This document shows positions 23,470 through 37,696 of a DNA stretch of 64,000 nt, in pieces. Made by a program: the position numbers and the translations under genes. Positions within the stretch are counted from its first letter, which is position 1. Each line of letters opens with the position of its first letter. The notes below the pieces were generated by a model. The model saw only the letters and a list, made by a program, of their open reading frames with translations. It was not told the origin of the DNA and did no database searches. This DNA is from Octopus sinensis (lineage: Eukaryota), in assembly GCF_006345805.1 (NCBI RefSeq), contig NC_043001.1:120094001-120158000 (forward strand), read 5' to 3'.

Positions 23470-26400
23470 AAATATTAACAATGACAACTAGTAGTAAAAA
23501 AAGTGAAAATAATATCAATAATGATGATAATAATGAAAGGAAACGGTTGGAATCTGCCTATGCTCTGATTGTTGATACACCAAATGTTCATGGTGTCACA
23601 ATAAAAACACTGGTCATTGCGCAACCTGATAATCGCTACTTCATATGAGTGACAATGAGAAGACAAAATATTGTGAACAACGGTGGTAACGAAACTGAAG
23701 TCCTTGATGGTGACAGTGTTGCACTCGGTAGGCTCAGAGATTCTGGTCCGCCTCCAGCCTGTCGTTATCCACCAAGTGACCAGCACACACTACCACAAAT
23801 CAATGCTGTGGTCGTGGAGTGTTACTACCTGAGCAACCCCGTAAACGAAAATGGTGTTCATCTTAGGGGACACCGACAACGTATATATCATCAATGGAGA
23901 GAGAGAGAAAGGATTGTTTCAACTCACAGAACAGAGATTATGTGATCAAGCTAGAGCAATAAGAAAAAATCGTTGATTCACAGAAGTAGAGCTCGAAGCT
24001 ATCAAAAGACAGTTATTGGAAAACAGTAGCAGAGGAAACAATGTAAATACAGTTCCTACTGATAAAAGTAATCTCATAGCATAAAACACAGGTGAAATCT
24101 CTAATAAACCACAGGAAAAGAACAGTGATAGCTTGCTCGTTGAGAGACGTATAGATGGTTTGGAAGAAGACAATAAGACTAATGGTGATATGACAGATGG
24201 GCATAAGACAATCTACAACAGAATAAAGGCAAGGCCACAGGAGAACAATAGCGACATCATTTGCAACCTTAAAAAGGTTGATCGTCGGAAATTGAATCAA
24301 GAAATGAAAAATGTGAATGAAATTCTGAAATACATTAGAACAAAAAATATCACACAGACAAGTAATTTGATCAAAGCAACAAGTATTGCTGTATCAGAAA
24401 ATGTGGGTGTTGATGTCAAGAAAAAGAAATATAATGGGAGTGACAAAGGAAAAGATCCGTGGTGGAAAAGAAGAATATAGGCGGGGTATAGATATGCTCT
24501 CGAAGGACATTTCTGTGTTAAACCGAAAAGAAAAGAGAGATCTTAGAAGCGAACAAAAATACAGGGCACTGAACAGGAAGTATAATGTTGAAAGAAAGGG
24601 CCTGAAAGTGGTAATGGAGGAACTGAAACAGCACCTTGTTTCAAAGAAAGCAAATTTGGTTAGATACAACGAAAGAATGAATAGCTACCAGTAGAAGAGT
24701 TTATTCAGAGTTGATCAGAAGAGATTCTACACAGAAATAAATGGAGAGTGTACAGGTAAAATGTTGATACCAGATAACGTTGAAAGTCAAAAGTTTTGAA
24801 GTAACATCTGGAGAAAAGACAAGGAGCACAAGAATGATACTGAATGGCCGCAAGAACTGAAACAAACAGTAGTCTGTCCAAACCAAGCAGAATTAGTCAT
24901 TTCAGTTTGGGAAGTGAAGGAAATCAGCAAAAAGAAATGGGCCACTGGCAGGCCCCGAGACCAAATGGAGTTCAAGGCTACTGGATCAAAAGATTTGGTG
25001 AATGTCATGCACGAATAGCTACGCAAGTCAACACCTTGTTAAATGCCGACCAAATAACACCAGAGTGGTTGACAATGGGTAGGACATTGCTGTTCTTGAA
25101 AAACACCGAAAAAGGCAATACCGTAGACGATTACAGGCCGGTATCCTGCTTGCCACTTATGTGGAATTATTGACTGGAATAGTCGCAGAGTCAATGTACG
25201 GACATCTGGTAAAAAATGGAGTCCTGCCACGCGAGCAGAAGGGTTGCAAGCGAAAGTGCAGAGATATCAATGATCAATTCCTGGTAGACAACACGGCAAG
25301 ACGAGGTAAACTAACTTAGCCATATCATGGCTCGATTATCGTAAGGCGCACAATATGATCCCACATTCTTGGATTATGGAATGTATGAACCTATTTGGGA
25401 TTGCATCAAATGTTGAGCGGCTGCTTGGAAAAAGTATGCCGAAGTGGAGGACGGAACTGACAGCATACGGAAGAAGTTTAAGGACAGTAGAAATCAGGAG
25501 AGGTGTCTTCCAAGGGGACTACTTGTCCCCACTGATCTTTGTACAGCGCATGATACCACTAGCATTGATTCTGAGGAACGCAAAGGCTGAGTATGTATTC
25601 AAAAGCCGCCAACAAAAAGTCAGTCACTTGTTATTCCTGAATGACCTCAAACTTTATGGTAAAGATGAATCCCAAGTCAGTTCCCTCGTTGATGCGGTGA
25701 ATACTTTCAGTGCTGATATCAGAATGGAGTTCGGACTGAAAAAGTGTGGTGTGTTAGACTTGAAGAGAGGCAAAATGAAAAGTATGGACGGGCTAGCGAT
25801 ACCGTCGAGGGAGGTTTTGAAGTAGATAGAAGGGACGGGCTATAAGTACTTGGAGAGTTGGGAAATGAATAAATTGATGGAGAAAGAAATGAGAGAAAAA
25901 TTTAAGGTGGAGTACTTGCGCAAACTGAGACTGATCCTTAAGTCGAAATTAAACGGAAGGAATAATATTGAAGCCATCAACACCTGAGCGATTTCACTAC
26001 TTAGATATGAAGCAGAGATAATCGTATGGAAAGTAGACGAACTAAACAGCTTAGACAGAAAGACAAGGAAGTTGCTAACTAGATATGGCTTACTTCACCA
26101 AAAAGGTAACAAAAACAGATTGTATGTACCAAGAAAAAGAGGGGGAAGAGGATAATTGGTTGCGAACACAGCGTTAGAGCAGAAGAAAAAACATAGTATG
26201 GTATATAAATATGCTACAAAACCATTATTATTGGATTAAGAAGGTCAGGCTTGTGTAGGATGGAAGATTGCAAAGTTAAAGCACTGTACGAGGACTTGAG
26301 AATGAATGAAACTGAAAATAGGTGGATAAAGAAAAGAATGCATGGACAATTTCATAAGGATGTTGAAGATAAGACACAGAGAAAAAAAGATGGCTGTGGA

Positions 26401-27176
26401 TGACTAAAATTAATTTAAAGCCGGGAACGGAGACTCTAATCTGTGCTACGCAAGGTCAAACATTGAGAACCAATTATATCAAATACAGAATAAACAATAC
26501 ATCAGAAAGGGATAGATGCAGAATTTGTGGACAAAATGGTGAAACGAAACCGTACGGCATATTACCAGCCAATGTACGTCACTAGTCCAGAAAGAATATA
26601 AGAGACGTCACGACAATATAGCAGGGATTATCCATTAGACACTTTGCAACAAGTATGGACTTGACAGAGCAAAAACGTGGTAGGAACATAAAACCGAAGG
26701 CATCACGGAATGGAAAGATCCTATGGGATTTTATGATTCAGTGCGATAATGAGATAGAGAATAGGAAGTCAGAAGCCTTAATTGAGAAAGAAAGCAAATG
26801 ATGCTGGATCATAGATATAGCATGCCCAGCAGACAACAAGGTATGGAATAAGGAAGAAAGAAAAGTTGATAGATATGACAGGTTAGCTTGGGAAGTTAAG
26901 CAGTTGTGGTCTCTGAAAAAAGTGGTAGTTTTACCAATCATTGTCGGATCTCTGGGAACTGTGAGTAAAAATCTTGAGAAGTACATGGAACAAATAGAGG
27001 CTGCAATAGGGGTGGAGCACTTGTAGAAAACAGCACTGCTTGGAACCACTCGAATACTATGGATGGTGCTCGAAAAATAAGGGATGTTACTTTAGTTCAC
27101 TGGTAATGAGTAGCTGGCACCGTAGTACGTCTCCAGCAACAGAAGCTGTGCAAAAGCAATAAATAATAATAATAAT
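23470..27176 (+). mobile_element. Near full-length degenerate R4/Dong-type RLE LINE
   Basis: PWWKRRI, WQAPRPNGVQGYWIK, YRPVSCLPLMW, RRGVFQGDYLSPL, SHLLFLNDLKLY, CCHC region (CRICG...RRHD), KILWDF, IDIACPAD, TALLGTTRIL. (AAT)n upstream and a short TAA tail. Many stops and frameshifts. Confidence 0.92.
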
Positions 27177-27608
27177 CGCTTTTTTAAAACATAAGAACAA
27201 TAATAATGTGATCCTAATATTTAATAACAACTAACGCAAACTAAAGAAGGAATTCAATATACTGCTTCGAGTAAAGTAGTTATATATAGTTTTTAAATGG
27301 GTTGATTGCAATTTCGAAGTATGAAAAGCCATTTCAGCGATACTTCGAAGTTACAGAGAAATTCTCTTTTAAAAATATGTACGTGTATGTGTATGTGCCC
27401 GCGCATTCTCGTATGCGTATGTTTGTGTACTTGCGCGAGTACATGTGCATATATTTACTTCTTTTCTGGAGAAACATTCCAGGCTTAAACTTGAAAACAG
27501 TTTCTCTAAATTGTGAAACATGATACCACAGTAAGTATTATAACGTTTTTAAATATATATTTCAATTCTTTATAAGAATTCAAGTTATCTTTTATGTACG
27601 TATAATAC

Positions 27609-27660
<52 letters not shown>

Positions 27661-28550
27661 CTATATATATATATATTTAAAATATATATAAAATTATTTA
27701 CATACGTTCTTTTCTCCATAACTTCCAGAGTTTCCATAGTGATAGTAAAACGAAAGCGCAGATTAAACACTATCAAGTCATAGAAAATTAAATGATATTA
27801 GAAAATGAATGTTCTAACATAAAAAAGAATGTTATGACAAGAACATATTAAAATATAATTTAACACAAATTTTATAACATAAAAATAGTATTTTAAAAAT
27901 TTCATAAAACTTTTCTTCCTTTGTTTACGAGATGTGCAATATTGGTTGTAAATACGAAACGTTTAGGTTAGAAAAGCTAATAACCAATGTTATCAAATAC
28001 TCGACCCTACGACATGTGGATGGCTAGCATTCAATGCAAGACATCCCAGTATTACAACTAATCAACAAGATCTCCATTTATAAATGATTACTTCCTTTTA
28101 ATGTATTAAAGATCTCCCCTGGCTATGAAAGAGGAATTATCGTAGCTGTAAGCGCTTATAAAATCGAAACAAAACTATTTTGGATTCGTTCAAAAAATTC
28201 CTATTTGCTATTCGAGTAATCAAATTTCTATTCTTTCAATATTTTTTTTTGTCTTTTTTCCCGGGTATTTGCACATTGTATTTATATTTTATTCTCTTTA
28301 ATTTAGTCTATTCTGTGTTGTTAATGGAAAAACTATGAGGCTATATTTTTTCTAACCACATAGAAAAGAAGAGAAATCTGATATCTCTAGCCAAGACAAA
28401 ATAATTTTAGTTTCGCAGTGATAGTTCTCAAAGCAGTTGAAGCAAAACCAAAAATAAATAGATAAATTAATAACCGTTGTTGTCAAGAATCGGATGGAAG
28501 AGAATTCAAAACCCTAGTCTTTGACAACGTAGACGTGCATATAATAATCC

Positions 28551-28724
28551 TTTCTACTATAGGCACAAGGCCTGAAATTTTGGGAATGGGTTAAGTCTAT
28601 CACACTGATCCCAGTATTTAATTTACAGACCCCGAAAGTTGAAAAGTAAAATCGACCTCGGCGACGGGCGAAATACCGCTAAGCATTTTGCTCGGCGTGC
28701 TTACGATTCTGCCACCTCGCTGCC
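28551..28724 (-). mobile_element. SINE family A
   Basis: Similarity to 2335-2545. Confidence 0.8.
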
Positions 28725-29419
28725 TTGAACGTACATAAAATAATGACGCATTATTGTCTAGCCCCAGTTTAATCACAACTGAGCAGGCCTAGGTCAAAAG
28801 TATTGACACCATGACCATCTCATCCTTCTTTTTTGAATATTGTGTATCAAATAGTATATTATCCAACGTGTTCTTCTCGTCTATTATTTCTCGCAAAAAG
28901 AGTCAACATATGGATCAGTGAAAGGTAACCTGCAGCCCACCACTTATTCTTAGAGCACTAAACACTTATTGCTAAAACAGTCTTTATACGTCAAATTTGT
29001 TTTTCATCACATCATTGATTCAGGAACTCTCCCTTACTGAAAAGTTTCACTCCGTATCTTCCCCACTATCGAAATGGGTTCAGTTCGGTTAGTATGTTGC
29101 AACTGTGTGTGTGTGTCTGTGTGTTTGTGTATATGTGTGTGTGTCTGTGTGTATGTGTGTCTGTGTTCGTGTACGTGCATTATTGTTGTCTTTGTGCATT
29201 TGTGTGTTCATAATATATACATGGCGGTGTATGTATATGTTTATGTAACACAAGTAAACGAATTGTTGCTGTTGTCTCCGTTAAATTGTTAATTGAATGT
29301 TTGTACGTCACGATGCCTGATGTCAAAATTACATTTCTATCTGTCTCTTGTGTTTGTTTATGTAAAAACAATCTAGGCTCCTCTTTATACATAATACACA
29401 CACAGAGACACGCACACAC

Positions 29420-29478
<59 letters not shown>

Positions 29479-29709
29479 GGTATGCATTATGTACCATATG
29501 TATAAAGCGCCTAAAATTGCTTAGACAAAAAACAAAGCAGACAGATTTTGACATTTCGCATCATGACGTACGAATTTCTAATAAAAATTTCAACGGAGAA
29601 AACAACAATTCGTTTGCTTGTTCTACCAGCGATAAGAAAATTTAAAACACGAATCGAAAGTCAGTGAAAAGAACGAACTGACACATTACGGAATCACGTA
29701 CTTCCTTAC

Positions 29710-29783
29710 CCAAGACTTATATTCATCAAAACAACGTTTGGCGGAATATCTGACCGATGTGCGGAATGATGTGCTTCCACCAA
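29710..29783 (-). CDS. Candidate 74-nt exon (GGSTSFRTSVRYSAKRCFDEYKSW)
   Basis: Acceptor ATAACTTGCTCTAG| and donor |GTAAGG, open frame. No homology recognised. Confidence 0.25.
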
Positions 29784-30247
29784 CTAGAGCAAGTTATACG
29801 AAGATGTTTTCTTAGTTTTGAAGACCAAGTGGGAGTCAATAACCGAGTTGATATATTACAATCTGTCCCTGGGTTCGTACCACAACACACGATTGAGTAA
29901 AGAGCATGTGTCTCGGATTGAATCAATGAAAATAGCATTGAATCTTGGCTTGTCGTTACCGATACGACGCAACATATGATGGTAGTATGGGTGGAGGTAA
30001 TTAAAAGCGTTATTCGATCAAAGAGTCTGTAGGGTTAGACATTTCTTGCAACTAGTCTAAGGAAATGCAATGATCAAATAGCTCGCTCTTCCTTTGAAAG
30101 TGGAGCGCTTCAACGAGGATCTTTTAGACGTCCTGAAAGACCTGCCTGAGAAGAACAGATTAAACAAGGAGCATGATGCTGGTTTATGACAAGATAAAGG
30201 TAGTAACAGAACTCTCTCCCTCGCTCTCTCGCTTTCCTAGCGTGCAT

Positions 30248-30315
<68 letters not shown>

Positions 30316-31081
30316 GCACGCACACACACACACACACACACACGCACACACACACACACATATATATATAGTAAGAAAAAGGGAGGAGAAGAATTTCGAT
30401 TACCGCAACATGGTGAGTTGTAATGCAAAATCTAGGCATTACAGCTCGAGTTCATTTTGTCCTTTGGCAGGTGTATATGAGCAATAAGGGGGTTATTGGA
30501 CTTTCCCTACCCTGTCTGGCGCTAGAACTGCTAATGGACTACAAACACATGCGCACGCACACGCACACACACACACATACAGGAATTCTAGTGGAAGATG
30601 AAAAAGTTCTGGAAAGCTCCCACCTTCTCGTGGCAGCTTCTCATAATGGCTGGGTCTCTTACTCCTTTCTTGATTCTTAAAATATACCTGTGTTGTATAT
30701 AATCATCTAATATAAGTGTGCAACATCTGATAATATGTTATGTAATTGCTTTTGTATAATTAACTAATTCACGCCATGTCTTAATATATAAATCAATGCA
30801 TCCCCTCGGTATTTATATGACTTTATTGTACATATCTACAGGCTTTTCAGTCCTCTTTGCTATATTCTTATTATATGAATATATGAATGGGACTCAACAA
30901 AATAACTGTCATTGTTGTCGCCATCATCATCTTCATCATCGTCGTCGTCGTCTCGTTGTCGTTATCATCGTCATCATCGTCGTTGTTGTCAGCATCATCA
31001 TCCTCATCATTATCATCATCATTGGAATTTGTATTTGCAACGTAATTGCATCCGTTTCACTATTATTGTTGTTTCCTAGAA

Positions 31082-31290
31082 GGCGGCGAACTGGCAGAGT
31101 CGTTAGCCCGCAGGAAAAATTGCTAAGCGGCATTTCATCCGTCTTTACGTTCTGAGTACAAATTCTGCCGAGATCCGCTTTGTCTTTCACCTCTCGGGGT
31201 CAATAAAAAGAGTTCTAGTTGAGCACTGGAGTCTATGTAATCGACTAGCCCCTCTTCCAAAACTTCGGGCCTTGTACCTATAGTAGAAAG
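31082..31290 (+). mobile_element. SINE family A
   Basis: GGCGGCGAACTGGCAGAGTCGTTAG head and CCTTGTACCTATAGTAGAAA tail. Confidence 0.85.
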
Positions 31291-31901
31291 CCTTTCAACC
31301 TTCAAGGGTTGATAAAATATGTACCGGTCAAACACTGGTATCGATGTAATCACTTTCCCTCAAAACTGCTGATTTTGTGCCAAAATTTAGAAAGAATTAT
31401 TGTTATTGCCGTTGTAAGTCAATTAAAGAATATTGAAGAATAATAAACGGTTTTGACTCTCAGTGAAACAATTTAATTTACGTTTGTCAGAAATGACCTT
31501 AGAGAATTCTGTAACGTTAACCTTCCCATTTATATTTGCTCTAAATTATAAAGATTGTTTTTCCTGTTAAAATATTTTATTTGACTATGTGTGTATTTTG
31601 TCTCTTCTTGTGAAACCATTTCACTTCCTTCATTAAATATCTTAAGAAAGACATGAATGACTCATCTCCCTTTCTCTTTCTTCCCTTCATACAGTCTTGA
31701 GCTTAAGCCTCTTCATTTGAAGTTGGCACTAAAGTGCAGAGAAAAGATATTCATATCTCAACTTTACTTGTCCAACTGTCTCTATAACAGCTAGTTCTTT
31801 CTAGTTCTAGTCATTTTATGTACTTTACAGAGCTACTGCACACGAAAAAGCATGACAAAAACAAATCATCATATATTCATTTCTTATTAGCTAGCAATTT
31901 T

Positions 31902-32108
31902 ATAGCAATTCGAATTGCAGCTAACATTAGAGCTGGACATATTATTTTAACCTTAATTAGTGATTTTCTATCATTCTCATTAATCAACACCGCCATTATC
32001 ACAACATCAATTGTTTTTTTTATTCAAATTAGTTATTTTATTTTCGAAATCGTAATTGCTATTATTCAAGGTTATATTTTCTCTTTATTAATTACTTTAT
32101 ACTCTGCA
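31902..32108 (+). pseudogene. atp6: NUMT: C-terminal fragment of mitochondrial ATP synthase subunit 6
   Basis: In the invertebrate mitochondrial code (AGA=Ser) it reads AIRIAANISAGHIILTLI...FIQISYFIFEIVIAIIQGYIFSLLITLYS, which carries the conserved ATP6 R-x-x-A-N-x-x-A-G-H and IQxYIFxLLxxLY motifs. Confidence 0.88.
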
Positions 32109-32543
32109 GTTTTATAGCAAAACCATTTCGCTGTATAAAATTACAGCTTACAGTCTCTATCATATTCTTGAACTGCTAGGATTTGGGATAGGATCTAGTC
32201 AGCATTAGCATACAGATATTAATGTGTGTGCGTACGAACAGACAGTAATAGCTGTATGCAAACCAGTGTACAAATATTAATGTGTAAGCTCTGTACGGCA
32301 TTCTGTTAATGATGCTAGAAAAAGGCATGAGTGTTACTGTATCTTACTTTCATCTCTCTAAGCACGCAGGAATATGTGTGTGCTTTAGAAGTTCGCTTCA
32401 TGAATATATGGCTTTGGGTTCAATCACACTGCGCTACATTCCATTATAGTCTCGAATCAAACAAATCTTTCTGAGGAAAAACTGGAAAACGGAAACTGTG
32501 TGGAAGCTCGCTGAATGACCCAATTTGTTTCTGAACGACAGAC

Positions 32544-32670
32544 TTAATCTGCTCCTGGTTCTTGCATGACTTTATCAGTATCCATTGTGTTGTGAGCATT
32601 TGGTTCTAGTCTCTTATCTGAAGACAACTTGCTTTCTTCATTTATCCTGTTTCTGAGGCGAGATGAAATG
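32544..32670 (-). CDS. Candidate terminal coding exon of an unidentified host gene
   Basis: Long polypyrimidine acceptor TTTCGTTTCTTTTCTCGGCTGTGTCTTGTAG|. The phase-2 frame reads ISSRLRNRINEESKLSSDKRLEPNAHNTMDTDKVMQEPGAD*. Confidence 0.35.
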
Positions 32671-35185
32671 CTACAAGACACAGCCGAGAAAAGAAACGAA
32701 AGACACAATATTCACAATATTACATCAATGAATTTATGGCGTTGTGCTTCGGCCATCCAATTTCACTTTCTTCTCAAATACTCGCTGGAAAAATCTCGAG
32801 CTTCAACAACCCTCACCTTACCTTTCTTAAAATCGAAGACTTCTTATTCAAAAACAATATTCAAAAATAAAAGAAAGAAAGTAAAGTAGAAAGAAAGAAA
32901 GAAAGAAAGAAGAAAGAAAGAAACGGAAAGGATGAAAGCAAAAAAAAAAAAAACAGAGTTTCTGAATATTGTCTTTAATTTTAGTAGTTTCGATGTTTCA
33001 ATTTTCAAATTTTTAACATATTTTTACAATTATTTATTCAAAGCGATTTCTCCTTCATTTTGTTTATTTTCCCAGTTTATTTCATTGGTAGTTGACATTT
33101 AACACTGAAACTGAACAACTAACATATTATTAATAAGGAATATTAAACTGTATTACACTGATTTGAAAGAAAATGGAAACCTGAGAAGACCAAGCGAAAA
33201 AGAACTTAATTAAATTAAATTCATTCAGAATTCAATCACTGTTATTATTTCTTCTGTTATCGCTGTAATCGTTGCTTTTGATATTAATGGCAAAAGTGGC
33301 GGAGATGGTTTTGGTAGCGGTGGCGGTGGTAGTGGTGGTGGTTTGTGTTGTATTTCATTGTGTTACGTTGTACTTGTGCACGTGTATATCTTTACGTGTG
33401 TCTGTATTGTGTGTTTGTATTGAGTATGTGATTATGATGCTTTGAGTTTGCTGCTCTCTTCTACAGAAGTAGATTCGCTTCTTAACATCTAACACCAAAT
33501 CTTTGAGTTAAAGAACTGCATTTTAAGAGAGAGGGAGAGAGAAAGAGAGAGAGAGAGAGAGAGATGGGGATTAAGAGAATAAAGCAAAGCTAATGAGAAA
33601 ATACAGGAGAGAGAAACAGAGAAGAGAGAGAAAGAGAGAGACGGGAAAGAGAGAGAGAGAATTTCATAAAAAATCGTTAAAGGTCATTGAATGTTACAAT
33701 GAAACCGATTGCTTAAGACTTGTTCACGCATGCGCTGACAATGCATTATTAAACCAACTCACAGAAACAGAAGATTATTTTAAAACAAAATAAAATCAAC
33801 TCAAAATGAAAGCACACAGATATTTTGATAATAAAATAAAAAAAAAAACGAAGACACATTTTCTCTTTTTTGCGGTTAATAATCTTGTATTTGCTAAATA
33901 AATTACTTTAACGGTATGGATATTGTTGTTGCTGTTGTCGACATTTATCACCAGGTCAGCTCTGGTTGAGCAGACTACGATCAAAGGCATTCTGGCCACA
34001 ATCATCACTTTTTTTTTTAGTTATTGTATATCTAAGGCTACATAACCCTATGTGGCCCTCTCTTTTTAATTGTAGTATTTAACTCGAGATGAATTTGGCT
34101 AATATTTCTAACTCTTCGTAAGAACACGGAGAGAATCTTTCAGTGTCATTAATGAATGTTTTGCTAAAGCCAGTGCAGGGGAGCATTAGTTATAAATCAG
34201 GTTGCTGGTGATGTTGCTGTCATTGATGTTATTGTTGTGTAGTCCAACGTCCGCCTTTATTGAAAAAGCTATATTATCCGATATGTGCTTCCTTTTATAA
34301 GATGATAGGATGTTATTTGGGGAGGTTTGGTGACTGTTTTTATCATGCCGCGAAACCACGTTAGATCTTCTGTTGGATCCTCATTGTCGTTCTCATCAAT
34401 GTCGTTGTTTATTGTTTATTGGCCTACAGCACTGATTAAGCACAGAGTGATTGAATTATCTCTAACGTAACAAAAGCCACGTAGAGATTCTCATTACAGC
34501 CATTAAAAATCCGGTGGTTAAAGGAAGACTGAAGTTTTCAAATTTTGATAAACGTTTAACGTTCTGTTATGACATTTCCTCTCCAAACTAAATATAAGTT
34601 CTTTGTGTGTAGGCAGACAAAAAAGCTAGTAATATAACCAAACTGCACCATGAAATTTCTTCTTGTCATTTAAACGTGGAGTAGATGTCGTACAAGAAGT
34701 TAAGTGCACGACAAATCGACACACGATGTAATGTCCCCCAAAAGAGAAGAAATAAATATCATAGGCTTCACACACATTACACATTGCCGAGGTTGATATG
34801 AATGATATTTTATCTGAATGTTTACAGGCTGATGTTCATTAGAAAACGTGTACAAGAAGATAATTCATATTGAAAATTGGAGACGGCTGTAAGATTCTGG
34901 TGTAACAAATCGGTGATGGAGGATGCGAATTTTGGTCCAAGCGACACCACTTTATTTGAAAGATACATTATTAGCAAGAAAAACAAAAACAGTGAAAAAA
35001 GCTTAAAAAATAAAAAGCACAAAGTCATCGCATTCCTTTGTGAAAAAAAGAGATGTTGACGTTTAGGACAGTTGTCATTTGTCAAGATAGTTGGCATTGG
35101 AATAAGATGAGAAGAAATGTTTTAAGACAAAAAACAATTTGCGATTATCAGAGAATCATGTTGAATAATATTAGGCAGGACGTAA

Positions 35186-35251
<66 letters not shown>

Positions 35252-35517
35252 ACACATGTATGTATTTAGTTACTCTGATCACAACTCGTAAAACGTAATT
35301 AAGTAAAATCTGTTACATGACAAAGGCAGGGGTTGTCGGTAAGTAAACTGACATCTTCCTCAGATTTGCCCAGTGAAGAGGATTGATAGAAACTCACCAG
35401 GACAAAAACAGCACCTGCGTAAAGGTTGGATGGACCCAGCATGAGTTGAATGAGTGTCTAGCAACAGTATGTGAGAGTTTATTAAGTAACCGAGATGGTG
35501 AATGAAGATGCTGAATT

Positions 35518-35943
35518 TCTCAACTCCCAAGATCCTCCACCACTCCCTCTCCATGAACTTCACTTAAATGTCGGTTGCCCTGTTATCTTCCTATGCAATC
35601 TAAACGCTCTCACACTATGCAATGAAACTCGCTTTGTTGTCAAACAAATGCTGGACAACGTCATTGAAGACCAAATTATCATGGGACACGACAAAAACGA
35701 TACCGTTTTCATTCCGAAAATTCCGCTAACACCCAACACACTACTCCTACCTTATGCAGAAACTTCAGTTCCCTCTCATACTCGGTCGCTGAAAGTTGTC
35801 GGACTGGATCCTCGAACGTCGTGCTTTTCACATGAACAGTTCTATGTCGGTTGTTCCGGAGCTGGCCATCCAGACACCTTATTCATTTATGCTCCTGAAG
35901 AAAAAAAACCAAAAATGTCGTCTACAAAGCAGCCCTACAGTAG
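35518..35943 (+). pseudogene. Helitron PIF1-type helicase C-terminal fragment
   Basis: EFLNSQDPPPLPLHELHLNVGCPVIFLCNLN..LCNETR...VFIPKIPL...SLKVVGLD..FSHEQFYVGCS..LFIYAPE..KNVVYK. The QFP/TINK motif is lost. Confidence 0.85.
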
Positions 35944-36587
35944 TTATTTCTCTACTGCAATCTTCATATCTTCACCAAAATGTAGCTGATAGCAATCAAA
36001 CTTCCTGCAAGTATTTCATTGATCTTTTGCTTCATTTCCCTGATTACTGTTAACAGTATATTACCTTCAATGACCCTTCTTACTTCACGCACGGTGTTCG
36101 CTCATAAGCATGCTCTGACATTTATTTTTGTACATGGCATAATTCTATTTGTGCGCTTGCTATAAATGTTTGCTTTTCTTTATCATACATGAATTTCGTT
36201 GAAAAAAAAAAAAAAGCTTCAATGCAGTTGCGTCAGGTATTACGAGAAAAATCAGTACATGATACAAAAAGCTTCAGGTAAGATATAATATCCCTAATGC
36301 CTACTGCAATTGCGATCTCATTTCATGGACTTTCATTTATTACTAACTGCCAAATTTGTATTAAAAAAAAGTATTCCCTAAATTTATTACCTAAGTTGAT
36401 TTATACCTTATCATAAACTGCTAACGAAAATAGTAATTCTACATTTTACGCTTATCAACTTGAAACGACTTCTAACTGCGGGCTTAAACCGTTCACAGGA
36501 ATGCACCATTATAATAAATTGCACTGTCCAAAGGACGGGTTCATGTGCTAGTATATATATGTGTGGATGTGCGTGTGGTATGTTATC

Positions 36588-36619
<32 letters not shown>

Positions 36620-36625
<6 letters not shown>

Positions 36626-37560
36626 GGAAGAACTTTTTGGGGTTGGAGTTGAACTGTTTGTTTTGTTCAAAGAAACGTTGGCATTTCTCGTACCGGCGGA
36701 TCCTTTGTGCTTTGGCAAGGATATCTTGCTTCAGCTTTTCTTTTAACTCAGGTAAATCTTTTTCTGTGGTGTTGTATTTGCGGAGTATTTTTGTTTTCTT
36801 TTTGTTGCTCAGTAGCGTTGATTGTCTGCTGATTTCATTAAGAATCGACAGATCTTTTCTCATTTTTTGTATTTTGTTTTGGATGTTATTTATCCACAGG
36901 GTTTATTTGGGTGGTGGTACTCCTGTTTGGATGGGTTTGAGTGAGTATCCAGCTTCTTTTGTGGCTGCAGTGGCTGCTGTGTATACTAAGTCATTTAGCT
37001 CAGTGATATCACTTTTTGTTTCAGTGGCTATTAGTTTCGTGACGGCTAGGTTTATGCTGTTTATAATTGGTGTTGTTGTTTTGTCTATTTTGATTTTTGG
37101 GAGGTATGGTCGGTGGTCCATTTTGAGCTCTGTGGTTTTCAGTTCTTTGATTATTCTACCTTTTATAGTTTCCTAATCATTAGGCTCCCCTTCGTTGTTT
37201 CCAGGTTTTAGATTTGTGTCGCTTTCTATTTCATCCGTATGTTTGTTTGTCGTGTTTTGGCTTGCTGTTTGTCGTGTATTATTATGTATCCTTACGGTCT
37301 GGGTTTGTTGTTTTTTGTTTACATCGTTTTTGTTGGAAATGTTACGTTTGTCTTCGTGTTTTACTGTTTCAGTGTTTATATTATTTGGTATTCTTGTGTG
37401 GCTTCTATCTACATTTTCCTGATGTATTTTTTCTTTTAAATGTTCTATTTCTATTTCTGATATTCTTTTGCGTTGAGAATATATCTCCACATATTTGCTA
37501 GTTTATTAGGGTTCATTGTTGTATCCAGGTCTTTATTTATGTTATTTTTCTTCCATATTT
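36620..37560 (-). mobile_element. 5' fragment of an R4/Dong-type LINE
   Basis: LPKIK...ITELNDLVYTAA...PWINNIQ...LKQDILAKAQRIRRYEK...QNKQFNSNPKKFF, the typical R4 N-terminal region. Confidence 0.85.
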
Positions 37561-37614
37561 TGTATGTATGTGTTATTGTATTTTCATTCTTTGGGTAGAG
37601 CACTACTGTATTAC

Positions 37615-37692
<78 letters not shown>

Positions 37693-37696
<4 letters not shown>

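Noticed and set aside
35400-35490. Mariner WVPHEL-like snippet (GWTQHELNE...VCESLL)
   Set aside because: Too short and degenerate to call.
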